Positions 22,783-33,004 of a DNA stretch of 64,000 nt are shown in pieces. The DNA is from Nitrosopumilus sp. (GTDB taxonomy: Archaea; Thermoproteota; Nitrososphaeria; Nitrososphaerales; Nitrosopumilaceae): the NCBI GenBank assembly GCA_965218785.1, contig OZ244650.1, positions 64,001 to 128,000 of the forward strand, written 5' to 3'. The notes under the pieces were generated by a model. The model searched no databases. It saw only the letters and a program-made list of their open reading frames with translations, and was not told where the DNA came from. A program made the position numbers and the translations under genes. Positions within the stretch are counted from its first letter, which is position 1; each line of letters opens with the position of its first letter.

Positions 22783-24247
22783 ACAATTTCGTGCCGAAGT
22801 AGTAAAAATCATTGAAAATGTAAAAGATAACAAAAATGAATTTGGGCAATTAGCAAGTTCGGCTCATTATTTTAAATCACAATATCCTGAAATTTCAAAG
22901 CAATTCAAAGATGAAATATCCAAATTAGATGATCATAAAACATGGAGTGGTTTTTTTCGAGAGATACGTTTCTGGAATGAATTAGGCGTTCCACAGATGT
23001 ACCGCCGTACAATGCTACTTTCAATGAGATTAGCAAGCAAGACAGATGAATTTTTTAAAATTGATAGTGATATCGGATCATATACTCTACCCACAAAATT
23101 AGGTAAATTTCTAAAAATGGCACTTGTTGCAAAAGATTTCGTTTATGATATTTATCCAAGAATTGAAAATAACATAAATTTCAAATCAGAGTCCATTATT
23201 GAAACATCTGATACAATTAGAGGCACGATTAATTGGACTAGAACAATTACAAATTCAGTAAAACGAGGAGATAAACATCCAACACAATTTGCATGTATTA
23301 TTAATCAAAATGATTTTGAAACTCCAGAAAATATTTTAACAATATTATGTTTATTAAAGATTCAAACAGATTTAGAGACATTACTTTTTGAAACAAGTGA
23401 ATTAGATTATGCCAGAAATGAATTGAGGATGATTTTTGAATTAAAAACAAGAATTGATTTTCTCGTATCACATTCTCACATGAAATTTTTGATTTCAAAA
23501 TTTGATAAATATAAATTTCTAAATTTGGATAGTAAAATTGTCAAATTCTATGAAAACGAAACAAAGAATGAAATTCAAAAAGGCACCATCAAACAAAAAT
23601 CATACTTGGATCTTACAGAATGGTTAAAAAAATATCGAGGATACAATATGGAAGGAATAATACAAAAATATTTAGAATTTCCAATAAAACACGAACGTTC
23701 ACTTGACACAATGTATGAATTGTGGATATTTTTTGAAATGTCAAACTATTTCAAAGAACAAAAAAATGTTAAAGTTTTATCATCTTTAAAAAATACAAAG
23801 AACAATTTTGCCGGATTTGAATTAAAGATAGAAAATAAAAAAGTAAATCTAAGATATCAATATGAAGAAGTTGGTTGGACAGGAATAAAATCAAATCCAG
23901 ATATTGTGCTTGAAATAGATGGAAAAATTCCAATTATTATGGATCCTAAAAATTATACACGAGAACAAAGCGTGGCAATAAACAAAATGTTGGCATATTT
24001 GTTGAATTTAGGCAAGTCAGGTGCAACTATAGGAATTTTATTTTTTCCATATGGTATTGAAAGAACCAAAATTAATGAGACAGATTACAAATCTGTAGTT
24101 AATACCACAGATTCAGTATTTGGGAGAACATTGTCATTATCAACCATTGTGCTTAATCCAACAAAGCCACAGGAAGTTAAGAAAAACATGGGTGTTGTTT
24201 TTGGTTATGTTTATGAAACAATTTTAAGTGAAATCAAATCTAAATGA
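22772..24247 (+). CDS. mcrC: McrC-like PD-(D/E)xK nuclease
   Basis: IRGTINW, FETPEN, YELWIF, PDIVL...MDPKNY; overlaps mcrB stop. Confidence 0.8.
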   Translation: MSDKQFRAEVVKIIENVKDNKNEFGQLASSAHYFKSQYPEISKQFKDEISKLDDHKTWSGFFREIRFWNELGVPQMYRRTMLLSMRLASKTDEFFKIDSDIGSYTLPTKLGKFLKMALVAKDFVYDIYPRIENNINFKSESIIETSDTIRGTINWTRTITNSVKRGDKHPTQFACIINQNDFETPENILTILCLLKIQTDLETLLFETSELDYARNELRMIFELKTRIDFLVSHSHMKFLISKFDKYKFLNLDSKIVKFYENETKNEIQKGTIKQKSYLDLTEWLKKYRGYNMEGIIQKYLEFPIKHERSLDTMYELWIFFEMSNYFKEQKNVKVLSSLKNTKNNFAGFELKIENKKVNLRYQYEEVGWTGIKSNPDIVLEIDGKIPIIMDPKNYTREQSVAINKMLAYLLNLGKSGATIGILFFPYGIERTKINETDYKSVVNTTDSVFGRTLSLSTIVLNPTKPQEVKKNMGVVFGYVYETILSEIKSK

Positions 24248-24549
24248 GAAATTTCACATCTAAAAATAGCAATTCATCTGAAAGTCCACAATACATCAAA
24301 AACAATGTAATGTGATTAAATCCAAAATAATTTTATGCTCTTCTTGAATGGTCCGTATCATTTCTTTGTTGGTAAAATTCTGCTAGAATTGTAACGCCTT
24401 GATACATAGACTTTTTGAACAAGTTGGAGGGTAAGATCCAGGGCTAGAATGTCTGAAAATACGTATGAATTTAGCTTTATTTTACATGGGATGACAAGAA
24501 ATCCCTATTAGTTTCATCATCTACTCATAATTATGAGTGGAATAGGAAC

Positions 24550-27500
24550 ATGTCCTTGTTGCAAGGACTGGAAAATGTTAACGGAACATCATGGAGAAAC
24601 GGGAACTTGGTAAGTGAGTTATTTAACAAGAAAACAGTAAGCAAACAATCCCAGAAAGTCGAAATCACATCTGCTCAAGTGGATAATGCCCAGGAATGGC
24701 TTGATATGTTGAATCAGGGGGTATTAGTAGAAACTGAACATTATTATGATTTTCGTGATATTGTATTGCAGGGCATTCTAGGATATGATAAAAAACGAAT
24801 CAAGGAACATAACGATAACATGGAATATCAGGTTACTGATGATGGTGGAAATAAGGTACTTGTAATCGAAGCTAAAGGAAGTGACAAGGATCTATACAAA
24901 AAACAACATTATGGCAGAAACTCGCAAGAAACACCAATCCTACAAACATGGACTTACATGGGTCTTGGTCGAAAATATGGAATATGTACCAACTACAATA
25001 AATTCATTCTTTTGACAATAGTTGGAGGCTATGAAAGACAACATGTATTTGATTTTAAATCTATAAAAAAAGATAACGAAAAAATAAATGAAGAAAAACT
25101 CAAAGAATTCATTCATGTATTCTCCATGAAGACTTTGATTGATGGGCAAAGTTCTGAGAAACTACGTGAGGAATCAAAATCAGAACAGAGAGATTTCACT
25201 GAAAAATTTTACAATTTGTATCATGATACTAGAGTGAGGATGATCAATGCATTTGAAAACAACGATAATGTGGATAGGGGTAAGGCGATATATTATACGC
25301 AGATCATGTTAAACAGACTGATATTCATTTTCTTTGTTGCAGATCGAGGTGTACTGCGTGATCAGAGTCTATTTGAAGACACTTTGAATAAGATCATAAA
25401 TTCTGGGGAGTTTAGTGAACAATCACATAGAATTCATGATAGGCTAAAGGAATTGTTTAGACAATTTGACAAAGGTTCACGCATAGATGGAATAAGCAAA
25501 TTTAATGGTAGTTTGTTTAGCAGTCCGTTTCCAGATATGATAAGTTTTCCAGACATAGTTGAAGAACCCCCAAAACAATCAAGTTCAAAATTGCCAAAGC
25601 AAGGTGAAAAAGTCAAGAATATTATGCAAAAAGAACCCAAACTAAATCCCATAATAACAAATCTACTCACTATGGATCAATATGATTTTAAAACAGAAGT
25701 TGATGTGGATATACTCGGTCACATATTTGAGCAATCATTGTCAGATATAGAAATTTTAAAATTAGAAAATTTAGAGAATACAAGAAAAAATGAGGGAGTG
25801 TATTACACGCCAGATTATATCACAAATTATATTTGTAAAAATACGATTGTTCCATATCTGTCTAAATCCAAATCCAATTCCATACAAAAATTATTGGGGG
25901 AATATGACGGAAATTTGGATGAATTGAAAGAAAAAATAAGAAAATTAAGAATACTAGATCCTGCATGTGGCTCTGGTGCATTTTTGATTCAAGCTGTTGA
26001 TATGCTAATGATCATATCTAGAGCAATACATAACACTATTGGGGATAATTCTAATGAACAACAACAATTAGATCAAAATTGGGAAGATGATGCAATAAGA
26101 CAAATCATTACTGAAAACATCTATGGTGTCGATCTGAATAGAGAGTCAGCAGACATTACAAAATTAAGCCTATTCTTGAAAATGGTTACAAATGAACATC
26201 CATTAATCGATTTATCGACCAATATCAAAACAGGAAATAGTGTAATAACCGATATCAGTAAGCCAAACGCATTTGACTGGAACAAAAACTTCCCATCCAT
26301 AATGGAATCTGGGGGTTTTGACATAATCATCGGAAACCCGCCCTATGTTAGATACCAAAGTTTGGAATCATATATCGATTACATACAATTACCCAAATCC
26401 AATACTTTGGTGTTGGAAAAAGATTTTAAGATTCATTCTTACACGGATTTGGTAGGATATTTTTTCTATCATTCTTTGAACATTCTCAAACAAAATGGTA
26501 AGCTAGGATTCATATCCAGTGATGGTTGGATGCATTCTAATTATGGTAAATCACTTCAAAAAGTTATTCTTGATAATTGTGTTATTGAGAAAATGATGCA
26601 TACGGTGTTTAATGTGTTTGAAGATGCAGATATAAAAACTATAACAATATTGCTTGAAAAGAAAAAATCATCGACCAACACAAATGTACAATTAATTAAT
26701 GTAAATGAAGAAGACGAAATCACAAGTGGTGATTTTAAAAATATCATAAAACCACAATCTGAATTTGAACAAGGAAATTGGAATTTATATTTTGCAGAAG
26801 ATGAATTTATACCAAAAATAGATATGATAAAAATACATCCCGACATAGGCCATGTCAAAATAGGAAAATTGACGGGATGTGATTCATTTTTTGTATTATC
26901 AAAGGAAATTATTGATAAATATCAAATTCCAGACACATATTTGAAACCGATTCTTTCAAAAAATATAGATAGTGCATATGTCGTGCCTAAACAAGCAACT
27001 GAATATTTTTTTAATGTAGATGAATCAAAAGGAAAATTATTACAAAGTGAAGATGGAAAAAAGGCTCTCAAATACATAGAGATGGGAGAAAAAACAACTA
27101 TAACACCAAAAATGGGAAGTGATAGAACACCTAAACTAATACCAGAACTTTATAATCTCAAAAATAAAAAAACATGGTATTCATTAAGCCTTGGAATTGC
27201 CCCACCTATATTCATAGCTAGATTTGGAGATAAACAAATGAAGCTTGTTGAAAATAGTGGTGATTTTCATTCCACAAGAAGAAATATAGGTATAACACCA
27301 AAGAAAACAAAATATACTTACGCATTACTATCATATCTACGTTCATCATTCTTTGCACTGTATTTAGAAAAACATGGGCATATTCATGGAGGGGGAGTTT
27401 TGGAAATTCGTACTACGGATTACAGAAATGCGTTGGTTCCAGATTTAGATAAAATATCAAAAATTAATGTAGAAAAAATGAAAAAAGCATGGGAACGATA

Positions 27501-27636
27501 CAAAGAAGATCTTGATCAGAAAAAATTAGATGATGTTGTATTCAAAGTACTGGGATTTACTTCAAATGAAAAAGAACAGATTGAGGTAAAATTGGAAGAA
27601 ATACGAAATAATCGGTTAAATTCAAAAAAGAATTAG
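24550..27636 (+). CDS. Type IIG (Eco57I-like) fused restriction-modification enzyme
   Basis: N-terminal IEAK nuclease, GVYYTP, LDPACGSGAFL, GNPPYV, C-terminal TRD; 1028 aa. Confidence 0.9.
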   Translation: MSLLQGLENVNGTSWRNGNLVSELFNKKTVSKQSQKVEITSAQVDNAQEWLDMLNQGVLVETEHYYDFRDIVLQGILGYDKKRIKEHNDNMEYQVTDDGGNKVLVIEAKGSDKDLYKKQHYGRNSQETPILQTWTYMGLGRKYGICTNYNKFILLTIVGGYERQHVFDFKSIKKDNEKINEEKLKEFIHVFSMKTLIDGQSSEKLREESKSEQRDFTEKFYNLYHDTRVRMINAFENNDNVDRGKAIYYTQIMLNRLIFIFFVADRGVLRDQSLFEDTLNKIINSGEFSEQSHRIHDRLKELFRQFDKGSRIDGISKFNGSLFSSPFPDMISFPDIVEEPPKQSSSKLPKQGEKVKNIMQKEPKLNPIITNLLTMDQYDFKTEVDVDILGHIFEQSLSDIEILKLENLENTRKNEGVYYTPDYITNYICKNTIVPYLSKSKSNSIQKLLGEYDGNLDELKEKIRKLRILDPACGSGAFLIQAVDMLMIISRAIHNTIGDNSNEQQQLDQNWEDDAIRQIITENIYGVDLNRESADITKLSLFLKMVTNEHPLIDLSTNIKTGNSVITDISKPNAFDWNKNFPSIMESGGFDIIIGNPPYVRYQSLESYIDYIQLPKSNTLVLEKDFKIHSYTDLVGYFFYHSLNILKQNGKLGFISSDGWMHSNYGKSLQKVILDNCVIEKMMHTVFNVFEDADIKTITILLEKKKSSTNTNVQLINVNEEDEITSGDFKNIIKPQSEFEQGNWNLYFAEDEFIPKIDMIKIHPDIGHVKIGKLTGCDSFFVLSKEIIDKYQIPDTYLKPILSKNIDSAYVVPKQATEYFFNVDESKGKLLQSEDGKKALKYIEMGEKTTITPKMGSDRTPKLIPELYNLKNKKTWYSLSLGIAPPIFIARFGDKQMKLVENSGDFHSTRRNIGITPKKTKYTYALLSYLRSSFFALYLEKHGHIHGGGVLEIRTTDYRNALVPDLDKISKINVEKMKKAWERYKEDLDQKKLDDVVFKVLGFTSNEKEQIEVKLEEIRNNRLNSKKN

Positions 27637-27939
27637 TTCGTATGTATTAGACATAGATCTTAGATCAGTAATTCGGAATAAAGTCCATACTTCATACCAA
27701 CATTTCTATCTAGCAAAGATTATACCGAACACGCATCTAACACATAATAACTCAACAGAACTCAATTTATGATTCCAACAAATAGAAAACAATAATCCAA
27801 AACGTCTCATTAAACAAGGATTCTCAATAGACACAAATTTTCAATCTGGAGAAGATCGTTATTTCAGGTCTCATTATCAGGCATTAATTCCATATTACGA
27901 TAACCCGACAGAATCCTAAAAATTGCTCTGGTGCGTTAG

Positions 27940-27965
27940 CGTGTGTTTTCACTGCATTGTAACTT
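27940..27965 (+). repeat. 26-bp direct repeat (second copy 29503-29528)
   Basis: cgtgtgttttcactgcattgtaactt exact in both places. Confidence 0.9.
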
Positions 27966-28059
27966 GGGGTGTTTTGTGAAATTTTATCCCAAAAGCACCT
28001 GATCGCAAAATCATAACTTGTAGAATTCATTTGGGGAAATGACGGTGATAGATATTGCA

Positions 28060-28250
28060 ACATGCCCCCTGCCTTGTCATAGTATTTCCTCAACAGTCCA
28101 CCGAGATTGTCATCTCCTAACTAAGTATCAACACCCATGCTTCTGTAGGTGTCTTTCTTTTCAGTCCTATGTGTGGCTTTATGAAATTATGATGGATTTG
28201 CAGCATATCTGCAAATCCTGCGATGATTCATCATCATCCGTACTTCTGAT
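28060..28250 (-). mobile_element. DDE transposase C-terminal remnant (IS6-like)
   Basis: Manual translation FADMLQIHHNFIKPHIGLKRKTPTEA resembles the N..rPH.gL...TP tail of DDE transposases; boundaries approximate. Confidence 0.6.
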
Positions 28251-28463
28251 CATGTGGTAGTGAAAATATGCAGTCATAATACCAGATATTGCTTTGTGGA
28301 AACCATTGAACGGCGTACGATTTTTCAAGGTCCGACTTGGAATCTAGGATGAAGCAAAGAGAAGACTGTAATTGTTATTGCATTGTAATTGACAAAGAAA
28401 TACAAATCTGCCCAAATTTGAACATTAAATCTCTGAAAGGGATTTTCTAATTGATTCAAGTCT

Positions 28464-29444
28464 CTAAGATTTTGGAATTTTCTTTTTGATATACTCTGTA
28501 AAAAGTGTGGGACTCATCTTCCCTTTTCTTACATTTTTAATCAATTCATCTAGTTCCTTTTTTGTCAATACACTCACCGTGTTTAAGACACATTCTCTTT
28601 TTGCAAGATTGTCAGAAAAAACATCTTTGTTGGTACATACCACAACAGGGTAAACTTTGACATTCTCCCACAACTTGTACTCTTCTTCGTATTCTGTTTT
28701 TCTTCCTACAATTTGATCAACTTTTGATTTTGATATCTTTCCTGTTGTGTCTTCGAATATGCATACTATCTCTTCTCTTGAATCTATTGCAATAACATCT
28801 ACATTTCCAGAAATTCCTGGATCATATATTTCAGTATCAAATCCTGATAGGCGTAACAACTTGTCAATTGCTTTGTCAAGAACAACGTTGTGTTGACTAA
28901 GTAAATTACTAGATAATTTTTTAAGGTTAGGATCTATCTTGTTATACATCTTTAATCTTGTCTCTCTCTTTTCTTTTTCCAATTCTTTGATTGAAGCATC
29001 TACTTGAGATTCAGAATATTTCTTTTTTGATAAATTAGCTTTGTTTTTTGCTATGCTCACCTTTATGATTCGCTCAAATTCATTTACGGATTGGTTGAAC
29101 ATGCGTAGCGGTTCAAACAATCCTGCACCGTCTGGATGTGAATCTTGATTCAAACCAAGCGCAAAATAATAGAGACCCTCACTATTATGTGTTAATTGTT
29201 GTGTGAATTGCTTCCAACTCTCATGTTCTAGTTCATTGTTTATTTCAGATGCTCTTGTAACTATCGTTTGGGTTTTCTCGATTATCTCGTTTATTTCATT
29301 TTGTGTAAGTTGAACAAACGGCAATGCGATCTGTAGCCTTACACTATTATCATGTTTTGGCAAATGATCTTGTAAAATTGTACTAATATACTCTGTATCT
29401 TTTTTCATTGTAGTAATATGATCTAGAATTATGTCCTGACTCAT
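28464..29444 (-). CDS. hypothetical protein, coiled coil plus C-terminal restriction-endonuclease-like domain
   Basis: LLRLSGF...NVDVIA...IFEDTT resembles a PD-(D/E)xK variant. Confidence 0.6.
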   Translation of the reverse strand: MSQDIILDHITTMKKDTEYISTILQDHLPKHDNSVRLQIALPFVQLTQNEINEIIEKTQTIVTRASEINNELEHESWKQFTQQLTHNSEGLYYFALGLNQDSHPDGAGLFEPLRMFNQSVNEFERIIKVSIAKNKANLSKKKYSESQVDASIKELEKEKRETRLKMYNKIDPNLKKLSSNLLSQHNVVLDKAIDKLLRLSGFDTEIYDPGISGNVDVIAIDSREEIVCIFEDTTGKISKSKVDQIVGRKTEYEEEYKLWENVKVYPVVVCTNKDVFSDNLAKRECVLNTVSVLTKKELDELIKNVRKGKMSPTLFTEYIKKKIPKS

Positions 29445-30042
29445 ACAAATACTATATGCTTCTGATTAATGAATATTCTAAACTTATGCTCTGGTTAGTT
29501 GACGTGTGTTTTCACTGCATTGTAACTTCTGGATCTTGGAGTGAACCCCCGTAAATGAGACTACTTTTTGCATGTTTTACAGTCACCATCATTTATTTCT
29601 CATCTTTCATTACGATAAGAATTTCTCAGGAGTTATCCCCCCACATGTGAGTCATTACAAGATTGATAATTCCAATCAAATCGATACAAAACTTTGTCAA
29701 ATAAGTGCTGAAAAGATATTGTGTAATGATAACATATTTGCTATTGAAAAAAATAGATTTTAATGATGATGGAATATTTACAATTGATTTTAAAATAAAC
29801 AAAGAATACTATAAGGGGATTTTTTGAAGCTGAAATTCTCTTGCAATTCCCACATTAAAATCACAACATTCACAATCAAATAATATTATATATTATTTTT
29901 TTGAATCTTTGAGCAGTTTACATTTATGCCCCTGCCAAATTACAATTAACACGGAGAAATATCGAATGCTAAGATAACAAAATCGCAGAGCAAGAGTTTT
30001 TAAAAAAACAAAATTTTAAAAAAAATATTTTGGAAATAATAT

Positions 30043-30126
30043 TTACTTGTTATTTCCTCTACCTTTGCCTGATATTTTTCCTGTTGTACTAGGACCATTC
30101 TTTAGCGTTGACTTCGCTTTTGCCAT
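30043..30126 (-). CDS. small basic Gly-rich peptide (27 aa)
   Basis: Manually translated MAKAKSTLKNGPSTTGKISGKGRGNNK; AT-rich TATA-like sequence upstream. Confidence 0.5.
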   Translation of the reverse strand: MAKAKSTLKNGPSTTGKISGKGRGNNK

Positions 30127-30164
30127 ATACTTGTTTAATATAGGAATTATTTATGCTTCTCTGT

Positions 30165-30455
30165 TGTACAAAAAGTAGATCTGCCCAGAATCTGAAGGAT
30201 AATAGCGGATTATTTTAGACCATACCGATCACAAAAGCATGAAAAAAAGATTGCTAGAAAATAGGTATTGCAATTCTTCCAAGAGGATTCTCATATGGGG
30301 ACACTTAACCAGCGTTATTGCAGATAGATGATGAACCAGCATGTCTATTTGTTTCCTAGACATCCTGCATATCTGTCTGGTAAATGACGGGCATCTCTTT
30401 TGCCTTAATTCATGGAAAAGTGTCAATATTGGAAACCAGATACAAAATGCAAAAA
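30165..30455 (+). mobile_element. IS481-family left-end fragment
   Basis: Begins tgtacaaaaagtag and is similar to 46453 onward and to the reverse complement of the 42298 end; right boundary approximate. Confidence 0.7.
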
Positions 30456-30607
30456 TTAAGCCGGTATATATCTAGTTAGAACTACACAGAGTATGTTTAA
30501 AAAAATACTAGAGAAATTAAAGTTTGGTTCTTGTAAAACCAACTCGGCAGGCGATATTGATGCGTTTAAAGAATCTGAAAAGAGCTCAGAGGAAAAATCG
30601 AAATAAA

Positions 30608-30718
30608 ATGAAATACAATTGTAGTAATTGCAGTTTTCATTGGGATGGAAATTCTGATACTTTTGATAAGGTATTGATTCATGAAAAAACTCACAACAAG
30701 AAGGTTGTTGTTGACTAG
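30608..30718 (+). CDS. small C2H2-type zinc-finger protein (36 aa)
   Basis: MKYNCSNCSFHW...LIHEKTH. Confidence 0.6.
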   Translation: MKYNCSNCSFHWDGNSDTFDKVLIHEKTHNKKVVVD

Positions 30719-30846
30719 TGGTCATTTGTAGCAAGTGTTACAATAAACAGCATGATCAATGTATGGAAAAATCTGGAATGTTTGCGTGCAGTTGCAAAAA
30801 TTGTAAAAAATAAGATACTGTTAAAACTTCATTCACGTATTCTTCA

Positions 30847-31788
30847 CTAGTATTTCTTTTCAAGTTGAAAATCTATTTTGTAAGTGTAAAACTCTATGTT
30901 GTGAGCAACTGAAAGGGCATATTGAATTTTTATGTTATCTTCAGATGCGATTATGACTCCTCTTACATCTTGATTTTTTTCTGCAAGTTCTTTCTTTAGA
31001 TACCCCATGTATCTTTGACATTGTGCTACGGCAACGTCACTTGCTCTTCCTTTTTTGAGTTCTACTACAAGAAGTGTTTTGTTGTCTTTACTTACCGCTA
31101 GAATATCAATTGGGCCTGTATCAGTTGGATATTGCTGACCTACCACCTCATCATCATCTTTGTAAATATCATAAGTTTTACCAATTTCAGTGCTTCCCCA
31201 ATTTTGTACAAGAAAATCTTCAAGATGTTTTTCAAGAGCAAAAATACTTGGATCTTCTACAGTTTCATCATTTGAAAAAATTGTCTGAGGGCGATTTCCA
31301 GAAAGTAAATTCTCTATTTCTTTTGCATGTTTACTAATGTTAATTACAGTTCCATGTGCACCAATAGTATTACGAAGCTGTTTGCTCATCTCATTACGTG
31401 GAATTGTCTCTGTATACCATCGTACTGCACGATGATGAGGCAAGCCTTCATTTTTATGGAATTCATAATTATCTGTAACCTCACCCGCATAGTAGTTATT
31501 TTTGCCGTCATTTTTGCCGTCAGGACATATGACAACATCGCCAATCTGCATTTCTTTTGCTATTGTCCAGAGCATGCTAGAAGCAAGTCCGACAGCAATT
31601 CTTGTCTTACCTGGATTTTGTTCAAGAAAAATTGGTACAAGCACTTCAAAAAATCTACGCCGATCGCCTGAAAGATGACTCGTTAAATCTATATTTTGGA
31701 TAAATCCTGCTGCAATAAAATTGCCTTTATGTGCTTCTTCAGCAAAAGTATTCTTTTTACCTAGTATTACACGATAATAATTTCTCAT
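30847..31788 (-). CDS. NucS/DUF91-type endonuclease with N-terminal putative modified-DNA sensor domain
   Basis: FALEKHLEDFL, GPIDILA...VVELKKGRASD...QCQRYMG. Confidence 0.85.
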   Translation of the reverse strand: MRNYYRVILGKKNTFAEEAHKGNFIAAGFIQNIDLTSHLSGDRRRFFEVLVPIFLEQNPGKTRIAVGLASSMLWTIAKEMQIGDVVICPDGKNDGKNNYYAGEVTDNYEFHKNEGLPHHRAVRWYTETIPRNEMSKQLRNTIGAHGTVINISKHAKEIENLLSGNRPQTIFSNDETVEDPSIFALEKHLEDFLVQNWGSTEIGKTYDIYKDDDEVVGQQYPTDTGPIDILAVSKDNKTLLVVELKKGRASDVAVAQCQRYMGYLKKELAEKNQDVRGVIIASEDNIKIQYALSVAHNIEFYTYKIDFQLEKKY

Positions 31789-31900
31789 ATTGTTTGGTAG
31801 GAATTTACACTTTTAATAATTCTTTGATTTTATACGACAAAAAACATAGAAACTATGTCGTTATTTTAATTTCTTTACAGAACTGTATATTCATACCTGA

Positions 31901-32268
31901 CATCATATCACATCCGATCAATTTTTAAAACTTGTAAATACTTGTTATTGATATTAAATGCATGCAGCCTCTTCTTTTTGATGAAATGTATGAGGGAAAG
32001 GCAGAAGAATTTAGAAAATTAGGATACCATGCAGTAAGTGTAAGAGAACTAAGAGATATGGGATTTCATATCCAGTATGATTATTCAGTAATTTTATACA
32101 CCGATGAGAACAGTATGATCTTGATTACTGAAGACAAAGAAAACTATGGGGGCTGCATGGAAAATCAAATCCCGTGCGTGCAATTAGGACAGAACCCTTC
32201 AAATGATGAAATTCTTGAAAAACTAAAGAAATTTGAAAATTTACCTTGATTTGTAATTGATTTTCTAA
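31901..32268 (+). repeat. ~365-bp direct repeat copy 1 (gene plus upstream region; copy 2 at 36325-36692)
   Basis: Near-identical DNA including upstream gatcaatttttaaaacttgtaaatacttgttattgatattaaatgcatgc. Confidence 0.93.
31962..32249 (+). CDS. small PIN-like protein (DUF5615-like), copy 1
   Basis: LLFDEM...D...ILITEDKE acidic PIN pattern. Confidence 0.75.
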   Translation: MQPLLFDEMYEGKAEEFRKLGYHAVSVRELRDMGFHIQYDYSVILYTDENSMILITEDKENYGGCMENQIPCVQLGQNPSNDEILEKLKKFENLP

Positions 32269-32361
32269 AATTTATTATCTCTCCTGGATTTGTTTATCTT
32301 GAAATGATTTGATGTATTGGAGAGTTGATATACGTAATATGTGAAATAGACAAAATCCAGA

Positions 32362-32955
32362 TTATTCTTCTTCTTCAACAGGAACAAGGAAATTACCATC
32401 TTCTAGATTTTGAATTGCCCTTTTAACATCTGTACTAGTAAATCCTGCATCAGGTTTTAACTCTGTCAGTTTTTCGTAAATATAATCAGCAGTGCATTCA
32501 TCTGTCAGTTCTTGTTGTTTTTGTGCCCAATAATGAACTGAAGCAAGTAATTCCAAATCTCTTGGACCCCGTCCAGCTGTAAATTTTATAATCTCGTCCA
32601 ATGTCTTGTCTAATTCAGGAGGAAATCCTCCCTCAAAATCCAAAGAATCTTTTACGTACAGCATATTTTTGATATATGCATTTTCTTTCTTAGTTTTAAT
32701 ATCTTTAATTGTAATTTTATTCCCATATGCCAAATCATGAAAAATTTGTTGAACCTCCCCACTTAATGGTCCATAGTCTGCCCATCTAAAACTAAATCGA
32801 TTATGTTTCAAGTTAAAAAAATAAATACTTTTTTGTAATGCTTTTTTTCCTATAATCCCTTTAACCTCTGCACCTGGATTATCTGTTGCTTTTTGAATTA
32901 AACGCAGTACTATTGACTTATTCGTAGCTATTATTGGCATATTCTCCCCTCCCAT
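32362..32955 (-). CDS. YwgA-like winged-helix protein
   Basis: IIGKKALQKSIYF, YGPLSGEV, RDLELLASVHY match YwgA/DUF4065-like motifs. Confidence 0.7.
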   Translation of the reverse strand: MGGENMPIIATNKSIVLRLIQKATDNPGAEVKGIIGKKALQKSIYFFNLKHNRFSFRWADYGPLSGEVQQIFHDLAYGNKITIKDIKTKKENAYIKNMLYVKDSLDFEGGFPPELDKTLDEIIKFTAGRGPRDLELLASVHYWAQKQQELTDECTADYIYEKLTELKPDAGFTSTDVKRAIQNLEDGNFLVPVEEEE

Positions 32956-33004
32956 CTATTTTGCATTAATTCCAGTATTAATGTCGTGGTAATAATATTA
33001 TTTC

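Noticed and set aside
30524-30718. 64-aa ORF as given in the track
   Set aside because: ATG at 30608 gives a compact zinc finger; the upstream part overlaps another short ORF and is unsupported
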